Shown here: in pieces, positions 58,707-59,745 of the stretch | Numbering within the stretch: the stretch's first letter is position 1 | How the letters are laid out: the number at the start of each line of letters is the position of its first letter | From: an uncultured Muribaculaceae bacterium | Lineage (GTDB): Bacteria; Bacillota_I; Bacilli_A; RF39; UBA660 | NCBI GenBank assembly: GCA_964422195.1 | Contig: CAYRAF010000002.1 | Coordinates: forward strand, 3,513 to 63,257 | Reading direction: 5' to 3' | Length of the DNA stretch: 59,745 nt | Program-made: the position numbers and the translations under genes | The notes under the pieces: generated by a model | Databases searched by the model: none | The model's input: only the letters and a program-made list of their open reading frames with translations | What the model was told of the DNA's origin: nothing

Positions 58707-59237
58707 TTAAGCAGCTTTCTTACCTTCTTTACGACGAATATATTCATCTTTGTAACGAATTCCTTTTCCTTTATAAGGTTCAGGTTTTCTTACTTTTCTT
58801 ATATTGGCAGCAAATTCTCCTACTTTTACTTTATCAATACCTTTTACAGTAATTTCAGTATTTCCATTTGCTTCTACAGTTAATCCATTAGGAATTTCTA
58901 TTTCAACTGGATGAGAATATCCTGCATTGATAACGATTTTGTTACCTTTAACTGCAAAACGATAACCTACACCAATGATTTCTAGTCCTTTTTCATAACC
59001 TTTAGTAACACCAATAATCATATTTTGAATATTTGCGTTCGTAGTTCCGTGCATTGCTTTTAATTGTTCATTATCTCTAGTTATTGTTAATCCATCCTCT
59101 TCAATGCTTAAGTTTAGTCCTTCTTTTAATGGAAGTTCTAAAGTTCCTTTAGGACCATTAACTTTAACTATACCATCATTATTTTCAATTGTAACACCAG
59201 CAGGTATTACAATTCTTCTCTTTCCGATACGACTCAT
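58707..59237 (-). CDS. rplF: 50S ribosomal protein L6
   Basis: MSRIGK..I..P.GV start and the KPEPYKGKGI.Y block. Confidence 0.95.
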   Translation of the reverse strand: MSRIGKRRIVIPAGVTIENNDGIVKVNGPKGTLELPLKEGLNLSIEEDGLTITRDNEQLKAMHGTTNANIQNMIIGVTKGYEKGLEIIGVGYRFAVKGNKIVINAGYSHPVEIEIPNGLTVEANGNTEITVKGIDKVKVGEFAANIRKVRKPEPYKGKGIRYKDEYIRRKEGKKAA

Positions 59238-59258
59238 ATTAACACCTCCTAATGTTTT

Positions 59259-59660
59259 TTACCAAATATAAGCTAATACTTCTCCACCTACGTTTTGTTT
59301 TCTTGCTTCCTTATCTGTCATAATTCCTTTAGATGTTGAAATAATTGCTATACCTAAACCATTTAATACCTTAGGTATTTCATCATTTTTAGCATAAACT
59401 CTTAAACCTGGTTTTGAAATACGTTTTAATCCTGTGATAACTCTCTCTTTATTTTCTCCATATTTTAATGTCAAAATAATAGTTCCTTGAGTGCTATCTT
59501 TTTCTAATTTATAATCTTTTATAAATCCTTCTTCTTTTAAAATTCTTGCAAGTTCTACTTTTAAGTTTGAAGCAGGTACTTTAACTTCTTTATATCGCAT
59601 TTGGTTTGCATTACGAATTCTTGTAAGCATATCAGCGATTGTATCAGTTACTACAGCCAT
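59259..59660 (-). CDS. rpsH: 30S ribosomal protein S8
   Basis: Motifs [13 protein letters not shown] and a C-terminal GGEVLAYIW. Confidence 0.95.
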   Translation of the reverse strand: MAVVTDTIADMLTRIRNANQMRYKEVKVPASNLKVELARILKEEGFIKDYKLEKDSTQGTIILTLKYGENKERVITGLKRISKPGLRVYAKNDEIPKVLNGLGIAIISTSKGIMTDKEARKQNVGGEVLAYIW

Positions 59661-59680
59661 ATTATTTCCTCCTTCCCAAA

Positions 59681-59745
59681 TTACCAGCTAGATTTTTTAA
59701 CCCCTGGTATTTGTCCTTTATAAGCTAATTCTCTAAAGCAAATAC
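59681..59745 (-). CDS. rpsN: 30S ribosomal protein S14 type Z, C-terminal fragment (gene continues beyond window)
   Basis: My translation of the reverse strand ends ...[20 protein letters not shown]. Confidence 0.85.
   Translation of the reverse strand, partial: ICFRELAYKGQIPGVKKSSW

Overview
Very AT-rich chromosomal segment, coded almost entirely on the minus strand, from a spore-forming and apparently anaerobic low-GC Firmicute. The standard code applies: Trp is TGG and there is no TGA read-through. Evidence for the lifestyle is spoIIAA/sigF, spoVAC-AD-AE and desulfoferrodoxin. The right end (52.1-59.7 kb) is the conserved ribosomal/secY/adk/map/infA/rpoA cluster. The left end carries the prkC-prpC-rlmN housekeeping block. 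In between are core genes (deoD, gltX with a T-box leader, murD, scpAB, ligA, pcrA, cell-wall enzymes) and four tRNAs with C34 anticodons (Glu-CUC, Thr-CGU, Gln-CUG, Leu-CAA). Several small accessory or orphan patches sit among them. Most interesting items read directly from the sequence: (1) a roughly 510-nt promoter-to-terminator non-coding RNA immediately upstream of a small 4-TM protein. This looks like an OLE RNA/OapA locus but the class is unconfirmed. (2) A 21-codon hydrophobic ORF inside a roughly 207-bp unit closed by long inverted repeats and overlapped by a convergent minus-strand promoter/terminator, which resembles a type I toxin-antitoxin layout. (3) Two tandem paralogous orphan proteins with an H...Y...E motif layout reminiscent of DarT-like ADP-ribosyltransferases and no macrodomain partner. 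(4) A spoIIAA-sigF pair with no spoIIAB kinase gene between them and the phospho-serine of SpoIIAA replaced. (5) A roughly 180-nt unclassified structured RNA, a putative PBECR-like nuclease and an orphan gene, inserted between sigF and spoVA. (6) A leader-peptide/antiterminator/terminator switch in front of an ABC exporter. All family assignments come from motif reading and recall. No database search was run.
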